Assembly (NCBI GenBank): GCA_000708835.1 | Contig: DF237061.1 | Location: 124,001 to 188,000 of the forward strand | DNA from: Klebsormidium nitens | Taxonomy: Eukaryota > Plantae > Klebsormidiophyceae | Length of the DNA stretch: 64,000 nt | Direction: 5' to 3' | In this document: positions 24,785 to 37,018 of the stretch, piece after piece | Layout of the letters: each line of letters begins with the position of its first letter | Position numbering within the stretch: position 1 is the first letter of the stretch | Notes under the pieces: generated by a model | Seen by the model: only the letters and a program-made list of their open reading frames with translations | Told to the model about the DNA's origin: nothing | Databases searched by the model: none | Program-made: the position numbers and the translations under genes

Positions 24785-25568
24785 GGTTGCGTTGAGGGAG
24801 GAGACGACGCCTTGCTTCTTTCTTTGATCAACAGCTTTGGCAGAGGAGAGATTCTCGAGTGCTCATGAGTGCTCATCTCCAACGTGGACGCGCAGGCAAG
24901 ATACCACGAAGTGGATAGGGCAGGCCGCAGCCACCAATCAGAGGCGGGGCGCTCTAGCCGTCCGATTTCAGACACGGCGAACATCGGACGGATAAGAATA
25001 ATATACCTACAACCTCCTCTGGGAATTCTTGAAGCCCGTCCGATCAAGCGGCAGACTGCAATTGGCGGCTCGCGCGGTGCGGTACTGACGAGTCCACCTG
25101 GTCGCTCTAGTTCCGACTGACACAAACGAACCCTTACCGTTACCGTCCACCGCCGGCCGCCGTGCACCCACTCATCCCCGTTCAAAGGGACCGCTACACG
25201 CCTCACTAGTTCTCGCCTCGCATTGCAAGCGCTGCGCTAGCGCATCTTGTCAAAATTGCACATGCAGCAGCACATTTGAATTGTGTCCCCTGCTAGCGGC
25301 CATTCTACTGGTCAATTCGTCTGCTATTCCTTCCCCAATCCACCGAGGGATTGCCTTTGCTTTCTTAAGAGCCACGAGATGACCTAGAAGGAATTACTAA
25401 GCTGTCACGCTTGCAAGGCTTTTAACCCGGTGGAAGTGCTCGCTGATTGTTCTGCTTTTCCACTTTTCCCTGTCTCCAGGCTTCTTTGTTTAGGGTACAA
25501 TTGATCGTCATCAAGCTGGGTGAACACCTCGTGGACACCCACTTTTCTTATCAGCAGACGAGGTCAAG

Positions 25569-28333
25569 ATGGGGGCAGATATCATTCTGGATACGCAGAT
25601 CAGGGACTGGGTGCTGGTCCCAATCACGCTGGTGATGTTCCTGATTGGAGTGTTAAGGCATTACATGACCAAGGCGCTGCAGTCAGAGAAGATTGGCGAG
25701 CCAAAGACGATCAGAGAGTCGTGAGTCTGAAATGGGTTCCCATGTGCTTGCAATATGCTGTTTGGATGAGTCCAATTTATGGCCAGCAGAAGTTGGCACC
25801 ACTGTTCCTCCTTGAAAAGATTGTAAAGCAAGTAAGAGGCTATTCTTTCAAATTGCAGTTGCCCAATGTTTTTCTCTGAAAGAATGCCTTATCAAGTGTT
25901 GCTGTCGTCTGATCATACACTATTCCACCTGCAGACAATCCATCATGAGAGCACGCTTTTTGAGAGCGAACGCTGGGTACATTCCAGCGACGTCTTTTCG
26001 GATGCGAAGGGCGTACTTCAACAACAAGGTAAAGAAAAGTTTCTGGCGTCCTCTTTGATTGGGAGAGTTGGTGGTAGAATGCTCGCACAGGAGAGCATAA
26101 GTATTTATGAACAACCTTACTGCCCAAGTTTAGATGAGATCTTGCTCTTACTCTTTGTATTTCACCGCAGGAAGAATTCCAAATCTTGCTGCATCGGCCC
26201 TTGTTATCAGAGGCGCCATGCTCGAGCAATGCTGCGTTATCCCATCCTCTGCTCACACAAAGAGATGGGGAGGTGCACTTATTCTCCTCCCCTTTGTCGC
26301 TGCAGGAAACTGGTCTCTTGGTGCAGCAGAAGAAAGATGCGCCCAACGCTGGGGCGCAGATGATGCAGGACCCCAGCTTTGCTGTCAACATGATGAAGAA
26401 CAACCTCAGCTACATGCTACCTCAGGTGCGCTCCATATTCTCCGAGCAGCTTGAATGTTGGAATGCGGTGCTTTTGCCCATCTTTCCCAGGCGTATTGTT
26501 TCCTTCCAACTCTCTGCTTTTGTTGCGATCTCGTTAAACCCACGTTCTCCTCACTGCCAACCGTGTTAATCTGCACATTTGCTTTGTTGCCCAGTCCGAC
26601 TTGGCCTTCATACACAAAAATGGTGAAAGTAGCTTATGCTGTTCTCCCTCTGATATGTGCAGAGTCTTACCTTCGCATGGATCAGCTTCTTCTTCTCTGG
26701 TTTTGTGGCTGGTGAGTGTCTCAGAAATTGCACCCACTGGCCTGCACTGCCTCACTTATATGCGCCAGTAATTTGTCAACAGCTCTCTTTCGAAAGCATT
26801 CTGCTCAGGATCTTCGCCAGCGCATCTTGCTTGAAAAGGCAGCTCGTTTAACACATGAAGATCTGGGTTTGATGGTTTGCCTTGGTCGATGCAATTGTCA
26901 AGAAGTCGCTGAGTTTCGACCCGAGGGGAGTTTGACACAAACACCTAGGTTGATGTTCCAGTGGTGCCTGTAACATCGTTCTTGTGCTATGTGCAGCCAA
27001 GATTCCCTTCCCCCTGACTCAGCGGTTTCGGAGCATGCTTCAGCGGGGCATCGAGTTGGGGTCACTCGATGTCACCTACGTCAGCAGCCAGTCATGGTAA
27101 GAGGGGTCGAAGCTGCCATCATGCCTCTTGCAAGGTGCCACGAAGGAAAGGGAAACGAATTTGCGTGGCAATATTAACTTACGGCAGGCCAGCAGAACGA
27201 TCATCAAAGCAGCAGGCACGGATAGTTGAGGTTTGTATCAGTATCTCTCATCGTCATATCCCTGTCCCTCGTCTCCTCGTCTTTTTCTTGTTCTCAGCGC
27301 AGGTTGTCTTCCGGCTCAAAGAATCCTGATAGAATGTCCCTATTCAACAGGTACTTTCTGAACCTGTTCGGGCTGAGAGGGGTTTTCAGTCTCGTACTTG
27401 GGGAGGGCAACGGTGAGCACACGGTTCTCATCCGTTCAGCTGCAACATGGTTATGTCTACGATTTCGCTCGTGGCTTTGGCTGCACTTGCTCGTCATTCG
27501 CATTGCAAAGTCTCAAGTTGAATAGCAGGTGCAGCGCCAACTCCTCGATGACCTCAGTTCAATGATGCTGCCTCTAAGTTCAGACTGATTAAGTGACTGT
27601 CAGAGTCGAAGTTTCCATAGACGATGAGATGTGCCGGTTCAGTCTCAACTGAGCAACGGTACCAATGACAGGACGACAAACTTGGGCCATGTTAGTTTCG
27701 GTTGATAAAAGGTGCCCCCATCGAGGAACGCTTCCAGTCGAGGTCGGTGAAGTTATAGAAGTGGTTCAAAGTTGAAGGTCTCATTAGCACTTCAGACATG
27801 GTGCTACGATCGCTTATTTCTGAGAATCGATGCAGTCGAGAGACATAGCAGCGTTCGAAGCAGCAAAAATTGTGAGGATGTCTGCGATTTTTTGCAGCCG
27901 GCGATGACACACAGAAAATGATGCAAGCACAAATGATGGGCATGGGGGGTGGTCTCGGGCCAGATGCTGCCAAGGTAAGAGCAAATCCGCCATTTATTCG
28001 GGGCAGGAAGGTGCTGGCCAGCTGCACAACAACTTCAAAATATGGTTGTTGTCATTATCAACTTGCGGCTACCAGTGGTAATTGACATTGTTTTGCTGCG
28101 GGTGACCTTTCAGCATTCTACTCTCGTACAATTCGCCTTGGCTGCTGGGCTAGCATTTCACTTGGTACTCACGAGCGAGCTTCCGCTTTGTGAGCCTTTT
28201 CGTATGTTCAACCTTTCAGGCTTTTCAAGCTGAAACGGATGCTTTGGAGCTGACGCAACACGAGTGGATACTTCCACAAATTGAGCAACACGCGGAGGAG
28301 ACTCTGAGAAGGGTCCTACGTGAACGGAGTTGA
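25569..28333 (+). CDS. EMC3: ER membrane protein complex subunit 3, 255 aa, 8 exons
   Basis: Exons 25569-25720, 25935-26028, 26306-26425, 26663-26711, 26997-27096, 27351-27412, 27898-27974 and 28220-28333 total 768 nt. Motifs: [61 protein letters not shown]. Confidence 0.95.
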
Positions 28334-29784
28334 GGACACGGACCCGTTTGTTCGTGTTTGCAATGCTTCGACAAACTTTTTATTCTTTGCAACTCACTAC
28401 GAGATTGCTTAAGATGGTAATATGTACTTAGAGCGTTTTCGCCATGCCATTGTATGTACGTAAACCAGGCATGCTCGTGTTGGGCCATGATGAATAAACC
28501 TCATGAAATTCCTCTTTGTCTACGTTGTGGCATGCCCCAATTATTTGCCATTTTTGAATGAGCCTTGTATACTACAATCGACAGAATTGAAATGATTTTA
28601 GGGCTATAGCATACTCCACTTGTGGGAGTACTCCCATAAGAAACCCTTGTGCATTCTTCACGTTCCCATAACAAACCCATGTGCTTTAAGATGACTTGAA
28701 ACATGAAGAATTCAAAGATGCACTTGACGCGTCGACCTAGCTCAAAGAGCTCTTGCATGACGGTGTTACGGCGTGCCGCGCACGTCTTGTATATCTAGGC
28801 GCAAGAATGGGCAAGGCTGAAGCTGGAGACGTGACCAGTTTACCTGGACTCTGGGCTTCGATCCGTGCATGGGCATGCAGGGCAGAAATTATATCAGGAT
28901 TCAGCACTCGCAGGAATCAAGTTCGATCCGGTGTCCACAACCCTCCATGCATGATCGGACAATCGTACTCAGTGCAGTCAAAACCGGCGCTACGGGGGCA
29001 TTGGAATTTGAGGAGGGTGTTCACTTTGTGATTCTGTGAAGATCCAGGAGCTTCTCTCATGGTAGATTTGTTGATCTGACGGATGCGAAGCTCTTGATAC
29101 CGGTAATTAAAAGCACTATTTTTGCAGAAATCGAGCTTCTACTACTAGCCTTGTCGGACAAGGCTAGAGTCTGTACGGTACTCTGTCCATGTCCAGACTA
29201 CAGAGTGACGGCGACTCCATACTCCGAGTCCAGACTCCAGAGCACTGAGCAGGACTCCAGACTCCGGCCCATTGCGATTCCTGGCAACTTCCTCCGCTCT
29301 GCTCTGCTCTGGCGGGTTGGAAATGTTTCGCACACGTTAGTAAGTCTTAAGTAATATATGACATGGAATGTATCCAGCGATCCGACGATTCCGGCTAGCT
29401 CTTGTATAGCTGCATCTCAAAATCACATCTCATCATCAAGTTTCAGGTAGGTTAGTCATAGGCGCCCTGCAGGTTTCTAAGCTGTAGAAGATTTCAGCAG
29501 GTTTGGGCTCCACAACTTAGATTCTATGCAAGCTGTGCTATGTATTGATGGGTCTCCGACAAGCTATGATTGCCCTTTGCAGTTGATTGTGCACCGTTCG
29601 CCCGTTATTTTCACCCAGGTTCCAATGAGCTAGCTGCGCAACTTTTACTCTCAAGTAATTTTAGATCTAGGCAGTCAAGCTGTATTCCGTATTTGGTTCG
29701 TGCATCCCAAACCCCCAAACCCCCTCAGCGCCCCTCACATCTGCAATCCTGGGGCTCTTTGCGGGGATCACCTGGCCCCCATTC

Positions 29785-32700
29785 ATGGGAGGGTCAGGTT
29801 CTAAGCTTGAGAAGGCGCTCGGTGAGGCGTTTCCTGAGGGGGAGCACTACTTTGGGCTGGAGAACTTTGGGAACACATGCTATTGCAATAGTGTGCTACA
29901 GGTGAGTCCAGAGCAGATAACTAAGATTTAGGGCAGCATGTGTTAAGGGAAGATTGGGGCAGATTTGAAAAATAGGGTTCGGAAAATTGCGCTGAGGTTT
30001 ATTGGAAAAGCAGGTCTTGGATTGCTCACAAGGATATACTTGTGGGGTCTGTTGCAATTGATGTGATGTTGTTTTGAGAAGCGGAGTTTGTTTTTGAAAG
30101 AATACATTGCAGGTTGCGGCTTTCGTCCAGTCATGAACATCATGCCTTCATAGTTGCTGCCCCCAAGCGTCGGATTCATGTTTTTGATAAGTTTTTGATC
30201 AGCGGGCGGCCATGATGAGAATGGATTGTTTGAACAGACAGGAAGCGCTCGAGCAGGGCGTTGAACTGGGTTGGGAGCAGCTTGCTTGGGTGCAACTTCA
30301 TAGACAAGTGCCTCCAACTCAGTAGTAATTTTGTTCACCTGGATTCACCTGTTCCGACCATCTGAAAAGAGGCGTTTCAAATCGTTGGGATTGCCTTTTC
30401 CTCTCCTAGTAGGACAACAAGAATGTTGCAAAGATATATATCTGGAACCAAGCAAGCAAGGTGTCATTTCAATCTGATGTAAGCCACACAGTACCTTAAA
30501 GTTGACTAAGGCTCTACTTTTTGAGAGCTTCCGCCTTATCCAGAAAGCTGACAAAATTCGCAGCTCTGTACTCTGTATGGCCCCTGAATTGCGGTAGAGA
30601 CGTTTTAATGTCATGCGGAAGTGCTTGCCTTATCAAAGAAGTACGTTGTCCTGCTGCAGGCCCTGTATTTCTGTGCCCCTTTTCGAGAGAAGCTGCTCAA
30701 GTATGCCGCCAAAATCCCCAAGCCAGTTCCGGAGCCTGATGAGACTCTCCTGAGCAGCCTGGCTGACCTCTTTTCACAGGTGAGCGCTCTTTACTTCGCT
30801 ATTTGGAAGACAAGCAGATTGGCCTATTTCTTCTGATTGACTACTTGCATTTCCCAGAACTGATTATACTTGAACAAATGTTTGAGATACCCCAATTGAC
30901 AATTACGGTGTCTTTTCTTTGGGGCTGTTGGAAGGTGGCGCGATACTCTCCTCTGCATAGCGAGATTTTGGAGGTTTGATTCTTGTTGTTGAAATTGGAC
31001 AGCCTTAGCCTAGATGGGGAGGTGGCATGTATGTCGCCTTTGTTGCACAACTTAGTTGAGCCTGTGGCTAAGGAGGCATGATGAGACTGGGGCCGCCACT
31101 TGTATGCTGTTTGCACGTTGGTTGATTTTCAAAGCGGTTCGGTTTCTGTGAGCCACGCATCAAGCATGTAAGAGATTGTCAAGCAACATGTTTATTGCGA
31201 TTTGAAGGTCTGTCCATTTTTTGCATCTTCCCGGTTCTTCTCTTATGAGTATTTCCTATGGCATGCCTGTCTCATCAAAGTGCGCGCTTCGTACAAGGGT
31301 GTCTCCAACAAACTACGCAATCCAGTATCAAGCCCTTGCCGACGTGTATGCCTTACGGGCCCCTGAGCTGTTTCAAACTGTTGTGTTTAAAGAACCTCAC
31401 AGGATTCACGGGCCCCTAAGCTGTTTCAAACTGTTGTGTTCAAGGAACCTCACAGGATGCCTTCCGTCACATCGTGGTCTACGCAGTTCAGTTCATGATG
31501 AAGCTTGCACAAAAGTTTCCAAGTTGCTCTTTCTTGTTTGCCTTATTTCTGACATCAGCTTTCGCACCAGCCAGGCCAGCATCCGGAAGAAGGATATGTT
31601 TCTTCTCCCCCTAGCTTACCCCTTTTTTGGGGCCCCTCTTTCCCTTTTCAAGCACAAAAAGGAAAGTTGACGGACATCGCAACACACGCATCTCTTCGTT
31701 CCTCTGAGACCTCCTGTATGTTGACACACCCTTCTGCTGCTCCCGCAGATCAGCACGCAGAAGAAGAAGACGGGCGTGATTGCGCCCAAGCGCTTTGTGC
31801 AGCGGCTCAAGAAGCAGAACGAGCTCTTCCGCAGCTACATGCACCAGGATGCGCACGAGTTCCTCAACTTTCTGCTCAACGAGCTCGCGGAAAACCTCGA
31901 GAAGGAGGAGAAAGCCCCGCGGGAGAGCGAGGCGCCGACGCCCAGCACGAGTGGGGGACATGGAGAGGGGGAAGAGTTTGGGAAAGCGAACGGGCACGTG
32001 AATGGGTTGGAGAACGGGGTGGCGGAGGGCACGAAGAGCGGGGCGCAGGGCAGGCAAGCAAAGACGTGGGTGCACGAGATTTTCCAGGTGGGGTCCGCAA
32101 GCAACAATTTGTTCAGCTTTACTTGGTTTGTCCTGGGAGCTTGTTGTGTCTTTATTAACATGTCCGAATGTCACAGCTTCTGGTCAATTCCACAAGAAGC
32201 TCCTATGGAGAGCTTGTGCGCTGCATTCACGTTTGATATTGTTGCGGCCCAGGACAAGCTGACAAACTGGGGACGATTCAAAGATAATCGGTGACTATAT
32301 TGGCAATCTCGTGCTGTTCATTAGACCCGATGCAGTCTGGCTGAAAGTCTCGTTTGTTCTCTTCGAGCGGTTCTGCCTGAGTCTGTTGCCCTTCGATGGA
32401 CAGATTGGCACCGTCTTTCGAGAAAAAGTTGTAAATCTGTGAAAGAAAAATTTGAAAGTATGTATCCAGTCGATACGGGATCACCTGATCTTTTATGTAC
32501 GTCACTGCCGCTGTCTATTCTGCCCTCCTCTTCATAGGAAGATGTCTGCTTAATGAGTATAGGCGAGGAACAACGATAATGAGAGGAAGTCGGAGTCTTG
32601 GTTAGAAGCACGTTGTCAGAAGGCAGAAGTTTCGCGGTTCTTCAGAACATTTTAAGTAGTTTTCTTGCTCAACGAAAGTCACACGACTCCAAAGGGCGAC

Positions 32701-35370
32701 TACATTTGATCAGTACCATTCCCGGGCACTGCGGTCAACAAGACGCAGTCTTGGCTAACAAAGGGCTAACGAAATCCCTCCGCAAGTGCTTGCTTGATTC
32801 CAGGTTTCAAGTGCAAACCCGCTACAGTGCCCCGCTGACCTTCGACCGCATCTAGAAAGGATGAGCCGCTCCGAGAGAGATTCTCTGCGTTCCTTTGCAC
32901 GCTTTGCTCCCCTAGGACACAATGACGGACGCAACGCATTTGCTCTTCTGTCCGCAGCGATTCAACATTCTTATTTTACTATGACAAACTGCGTACTTGC
33001 GAGGAACTCCGAAACGGTATGCTCAAACGCTTGTCACCCCCCGACCTTACATCCTACTTGACAAGACGCTCAAGGAAACTTGTGTATCTCACTTCTTAGA
33101 GGTCTTTGATTCGACGAGCGGTTACCCTCTTTTCCAGGGCTTGGTGACGAACGAGACGCGGTGCCTGTGCTGCGAGACGCTGACGTCACGCGACGAAACG
33201 TTCTTCGACCTGAGCCTGGACATCGAGCAGAACAGCAGTATCACCAGCTGCCTCCGCAACTTCAGCTCTACGGAGACGCTCAACGCCGAGAACAAGTTCT
33301 TTTGCGACAAGTGCTGCAGTCTGCAGGTCAGGGAAACGAGCTTATGACGGGTCTGAAGTTGTCAGACTTTTGTGCGATGGATTCTTGCTTTTCCCTTTTC
33401 GTGATCGATGACTTCTTGTGCGAGAAGCTCAACGCCGAGGACAAGTTCTTGCGGTAGAAGTGCCGCAGCCTGGAAGGTAAGGAAAACAAGGTTTGAAAAT
33501 TTCCGTGCGGTTCGCAGCGATTCTTAGGCGCCCGGAACGGCCTTTTTAGTTTGGGAAACTTGAGCGAACCCATTCCCCTCCGTTTCGCAACCCAAATTTT
33601 CCGTGAGACCTGGTCCTTGCCCCGAAGTATGCTTTTGCGCTGAAAGCCCAGATTTCGTTCGAGATCAAGAAGAGGTCGCGGATCCATAGTCCGTTTGGTT
33701 TCAGAGAGTGGGCCTTCACCTTTCTTGTCTGCTGTGTGCAATCTCGCTTCTCGGGTTCCGCATCTTTTATTTATCTGGAAGGTTCAAACTCGAAGACATC
33801 GTCCGACAAACCGTCGTATGTTCTCACCTTCCGCAAAGCTTTCGTTTCTGCGCAGGCGGCCCAGAAGCGGCTAGTCAAGGCGGCCCGATACCCTGGCAAA
33901 GCCAGTCCCGCAACATCGATATCTTTCTCCTGAAATACCCATGTATTGATTGAAACTACGGTTCTTCCTCAAGTCCTGACTTTTGCGCATGATGTGGGCT
34001 GCGCAGGAGGCCCAGAAACGGATGAAGATTAAGGCGGCGCCGCAGATTCTGGCGCTGCACCTGAAGCGCTTCAAGTACATCGAACAGCTGGGCCGCCACA
34101 AGAAGCTCATGTACCGGGTCGTCTTCCCGCTCGAGCTGCGCCTCTGCAACACCGTCGAGGGGGGGGTCAGTCACCCGCGTTTACGCCTTGCTTTAAGCTC
34201 TCTTATACAGGCTGCTGAGCGCGTATGCTGGCTGCCGACCTCTTATGCTGGCTCTTGAGATCTTTTCGTGTGCGCTTCTGCAACACTGTCGAGGGGGGGT
34301 CAGTTGCCCGCGCGCTTACCACTTGCTTCCAAGCCCTTTTTCAGGCTGCGGATTGCGCATTAAGGAGCTGTTGAGCCCTTATGCTCGCTCTTGAGAATGA
34401 TATCTGCTAGCATCTTCCTCGCTGTGGGCTCCTTATGTCTTTGCTGCGTAATCTTCGCGGCAGAGCCCCTCTTAGGTTGATGTCATGTTGGATGAGCGCT
34501 CCTACTGCCTCGAGCACCAACTTGTTCTGCCAGCGCTTATCATCTGCAATCTTCTCTTTTGTGTCGAAGTCCGAGTTGCGTACTGTTGTGTAAGGGGTTA
34601 AGTAGAGGGCCGAGGCTGATGATTTGCTTTGGACCGAAACGGTTCTGTTCATGACGGGATCTATTTCCAATTCGGTTCATATGGATATCCTTCGTTCTGA
34701 TCCGTCTGCTATGGCAAGCAGTGTCCACGTAGTCTTATCACTCACGCCCGTTCCACTCGTTTGGCGCCCCATAAGGACCAGCTTCTACTGCTGCGGTGGC
34801 TTGTATCCAGAAACCGAGAGCAACAAACGGACAAACAATCACACCCATTCACTCGTCTTATGCGAATCCTTGCAGGATGGCGCTGAAGCGGAGTACTCGT
34901 TGTTTGGCGTAGTGGTGCATGTGGGGAGCGGCCCCAATCACGGGCACTACGTCAGCCTTGTAAAGAGCCACAGCCATTGGCTGTTCTTTGGTGAGCTTAC
35001 GTTTTCAGGCCACCTTTGGAGGCCGTCGCTTGTTAGCTTGTCAACGTATGCATGTTGCTGTTGCAAAATGGTGCATATTCGAGTGGGTCTTTGCCTTAAA
35101 ATGCTGTCAAGTTGGCACACTCTTCCTACCGCTGGATTCTGTGGTCGAGATTGCAGATTTACGCGTTAATATAATGTGTAGGCTCACTGGTTTTCCCCGC
35201 CTTCTCTAGATGACGAATCCGTGGAACCAATCGACGAGTCTATGGTCCAGAGCTTCTTCGGTTCCACACAGGAGTACTCTAATAATACCGATCATGGGTA
35301 TATACTTTTCTACGAGATGACGCGGCCGGAGAGTAGCACACTCCCGCGGCGCTCAAGCGAACAGTCATAG
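29785..35370 (+). CDS. UBP3: Ubiquitin-specific protease of the UBP3/UBP4 (USP12/USP46) type, 399 aa, 7 exons
   Basis: Exons 29785-29901, 30660-30779, 31749-32087, 33138-33326, 34007-34165, 34876-34990 and 35210-35370 total 1200 nt. It has an N-myristoylation-type start [13 protein letters not shown], Cys box [23 protein letters not shown], His box [11 protein letters not shown] and GYILFY. Confidence 0.95.
31355..31458. repeat. Intronic tandem duplication, 53-bp period, 2 copies
   Basis: acgggcccct(g/a)agctgtttcaaactgttgtgtt(t/c)aa(a/g)gaacctcacaggat starts at 31355 and at 31408, in UBP intron 2. Confidence 0.9.
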
Positions 35371-35883
35371 CATTGGAGTCTGGGCCGGTATATGATATCA
35401 GACCTTTTCAAAGTACAGCGTCTGTAAAGAAAGGTCCATGTTGTCCAACCTGAGGCGAATCAATCAGTCCTACTAAATACTTATGTTGAACATGGTATAA
35501 GTTGATCATGGCTTAGTAAAAGCTTTTCCTCTGAGTTTGTGTCGTTTTGCTGGCGGCATTCTTCATTGACCGGTGTGGATGTGGCCGTGTTGCTAGCTAA
35601 CAACAACTTTGTGCTCTGTAATTGTCATCCTCTTTCGCCGAAGGGTTGTGAAAACTTGAAAGGCTCGACCATGCTTGGAGCAGGAAAAATGGGACACTAG
35701 ATCGACCACAGTGCATGCATGGCATTTGGCATCAATGTCTACATGGTCCGGCACATGACTGCTTATGCCATTATGGGCCATGATGGTTCCCTGACGTCGG
35801 CCAGAACACGGGAACAGGATTCCGAATCCCGATCTGAATATTGAAAAGCTAAACATAGCTGTAAAGCGCAGCGCATGCACTTC

Positions 35884-36727
35884 GTACAGGTAGTATGTAC
35901 ACGCACAGGATACCGGTATCTCTTCTACAGCACTGCAAGCGTACCTACTACCAACCGTACCGGACCTACCAGGTACTATACCTACCTGGGTAAACACCTC
36001 AGGAGAGATACCGTAGGTGTACCGTACTCCGATAGAGTCAATTTGAGGATTCCATATTTACCCAGATAATTGGTGGTACCATGAAGGTACGGTAGGTTAA
36101 CTGGTTAAGTGGTACCTACCTAATCTATCTGTACGGATCTGTACGAAAACCTTGCCGGAGCGAGGATCCCCAGTCGGCCATCTACCGCCACAAAGTGGGC
36201 CAGGACACCGGCGGTAAGGTAGGGAGAACCGTTCGATGCCGGTCTTGGCACCACATCCAACAGTCCACTGGCGGCGATCCTACTTGGCAAAGCCGCCCCA
36301 AACCCACTGCCGATCATACCGGCCGGGTTACAAATGCCGGGCCTCACGTGTAGGGCTCACACGCGTGGGCGGTGGACATCCGACAAGCTGAATCCACCCT
36401 GTGCAACTGTGCACACTGCACCCGTACACTGGTGTGTGCTAAGTACGGTACCTACCTAGAGACATATCAGGTACCTACCTAGAATGTGGTCCTTACGGTC
36501 AGGCCTGCCTGGTACGTACCCATCACCACATTGCGCAGTGAGTACCGTACGGCATTCACTACCGTAGGTACCGGTACCGTATTTGAGTCCTCGATGATTC
36601 ACAAATCGACTCGTGTGGTGCCGGTACGTGACCCGAGGTACGGGCCTGAGTACGGTAGCGTACCCTTGTCCACTGTGCACACTGCACGTAGGTACTGTGC
36701 ACACGGCAGTACGGTCAGTACCGGTAC
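35884..36727. repeat. GTAC-dense island with internal repeats
   Basis: About 30 GTAC tetramers counted by eye in ~850 bp (~3 expected at random). Internal repeats include ggtacctaccta (x3) and ctgtgcacactgcac (x2). Confidence 0.7.
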
Positions 36728-36746
36728 TGTTTTAATACCCTCATCA

Positions 36747-37018
36747 CAGTGATTGCCACCAACTTTGGCCGGCGCCGGCAATCTACCGGCCACCCTTCGT
36801 TCCTGCCGGCTGAGTGTAAGTTTCTACCGGCTTCCCCCAAGTCCCCGGATCCATTTAGCCGGGTATCTGGACAGTCTCTCAGCTAATCTCAGCCGGTACC
36901 CGGTCAAACACGCCGGTTTTTCAGCCGGAGCCCAGCCGGCTGAGTGCCTTCGGCACCGGTTAGACCCTCGCTCCAGCCGGCTAGGTCCACACATAACACC
37001 GGTTCGTGGCAATCACTG
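36747..37018. mobile_element. 272-bp non-autonomous hAT-type MITE
   Basis: 17-bp TIRs CAGTGATTGCCACCAAC (36747-36763) and GTTCGTGGCAATCACTG (37002-37018) match at 16/17. A perfect 8-bp TSD cctcatca lies at 36739-36746 and 37019-37026. An 8-bp TSD with CAG termini is typical of hAT elements. Confidence 0.9.

Noticed and set aside
31611-32174. Long antisense and alternate-frame ORFs over UBP exon 3
   Set aside because: Shadows of a GC-rich coding exon with no recognisable motifs.
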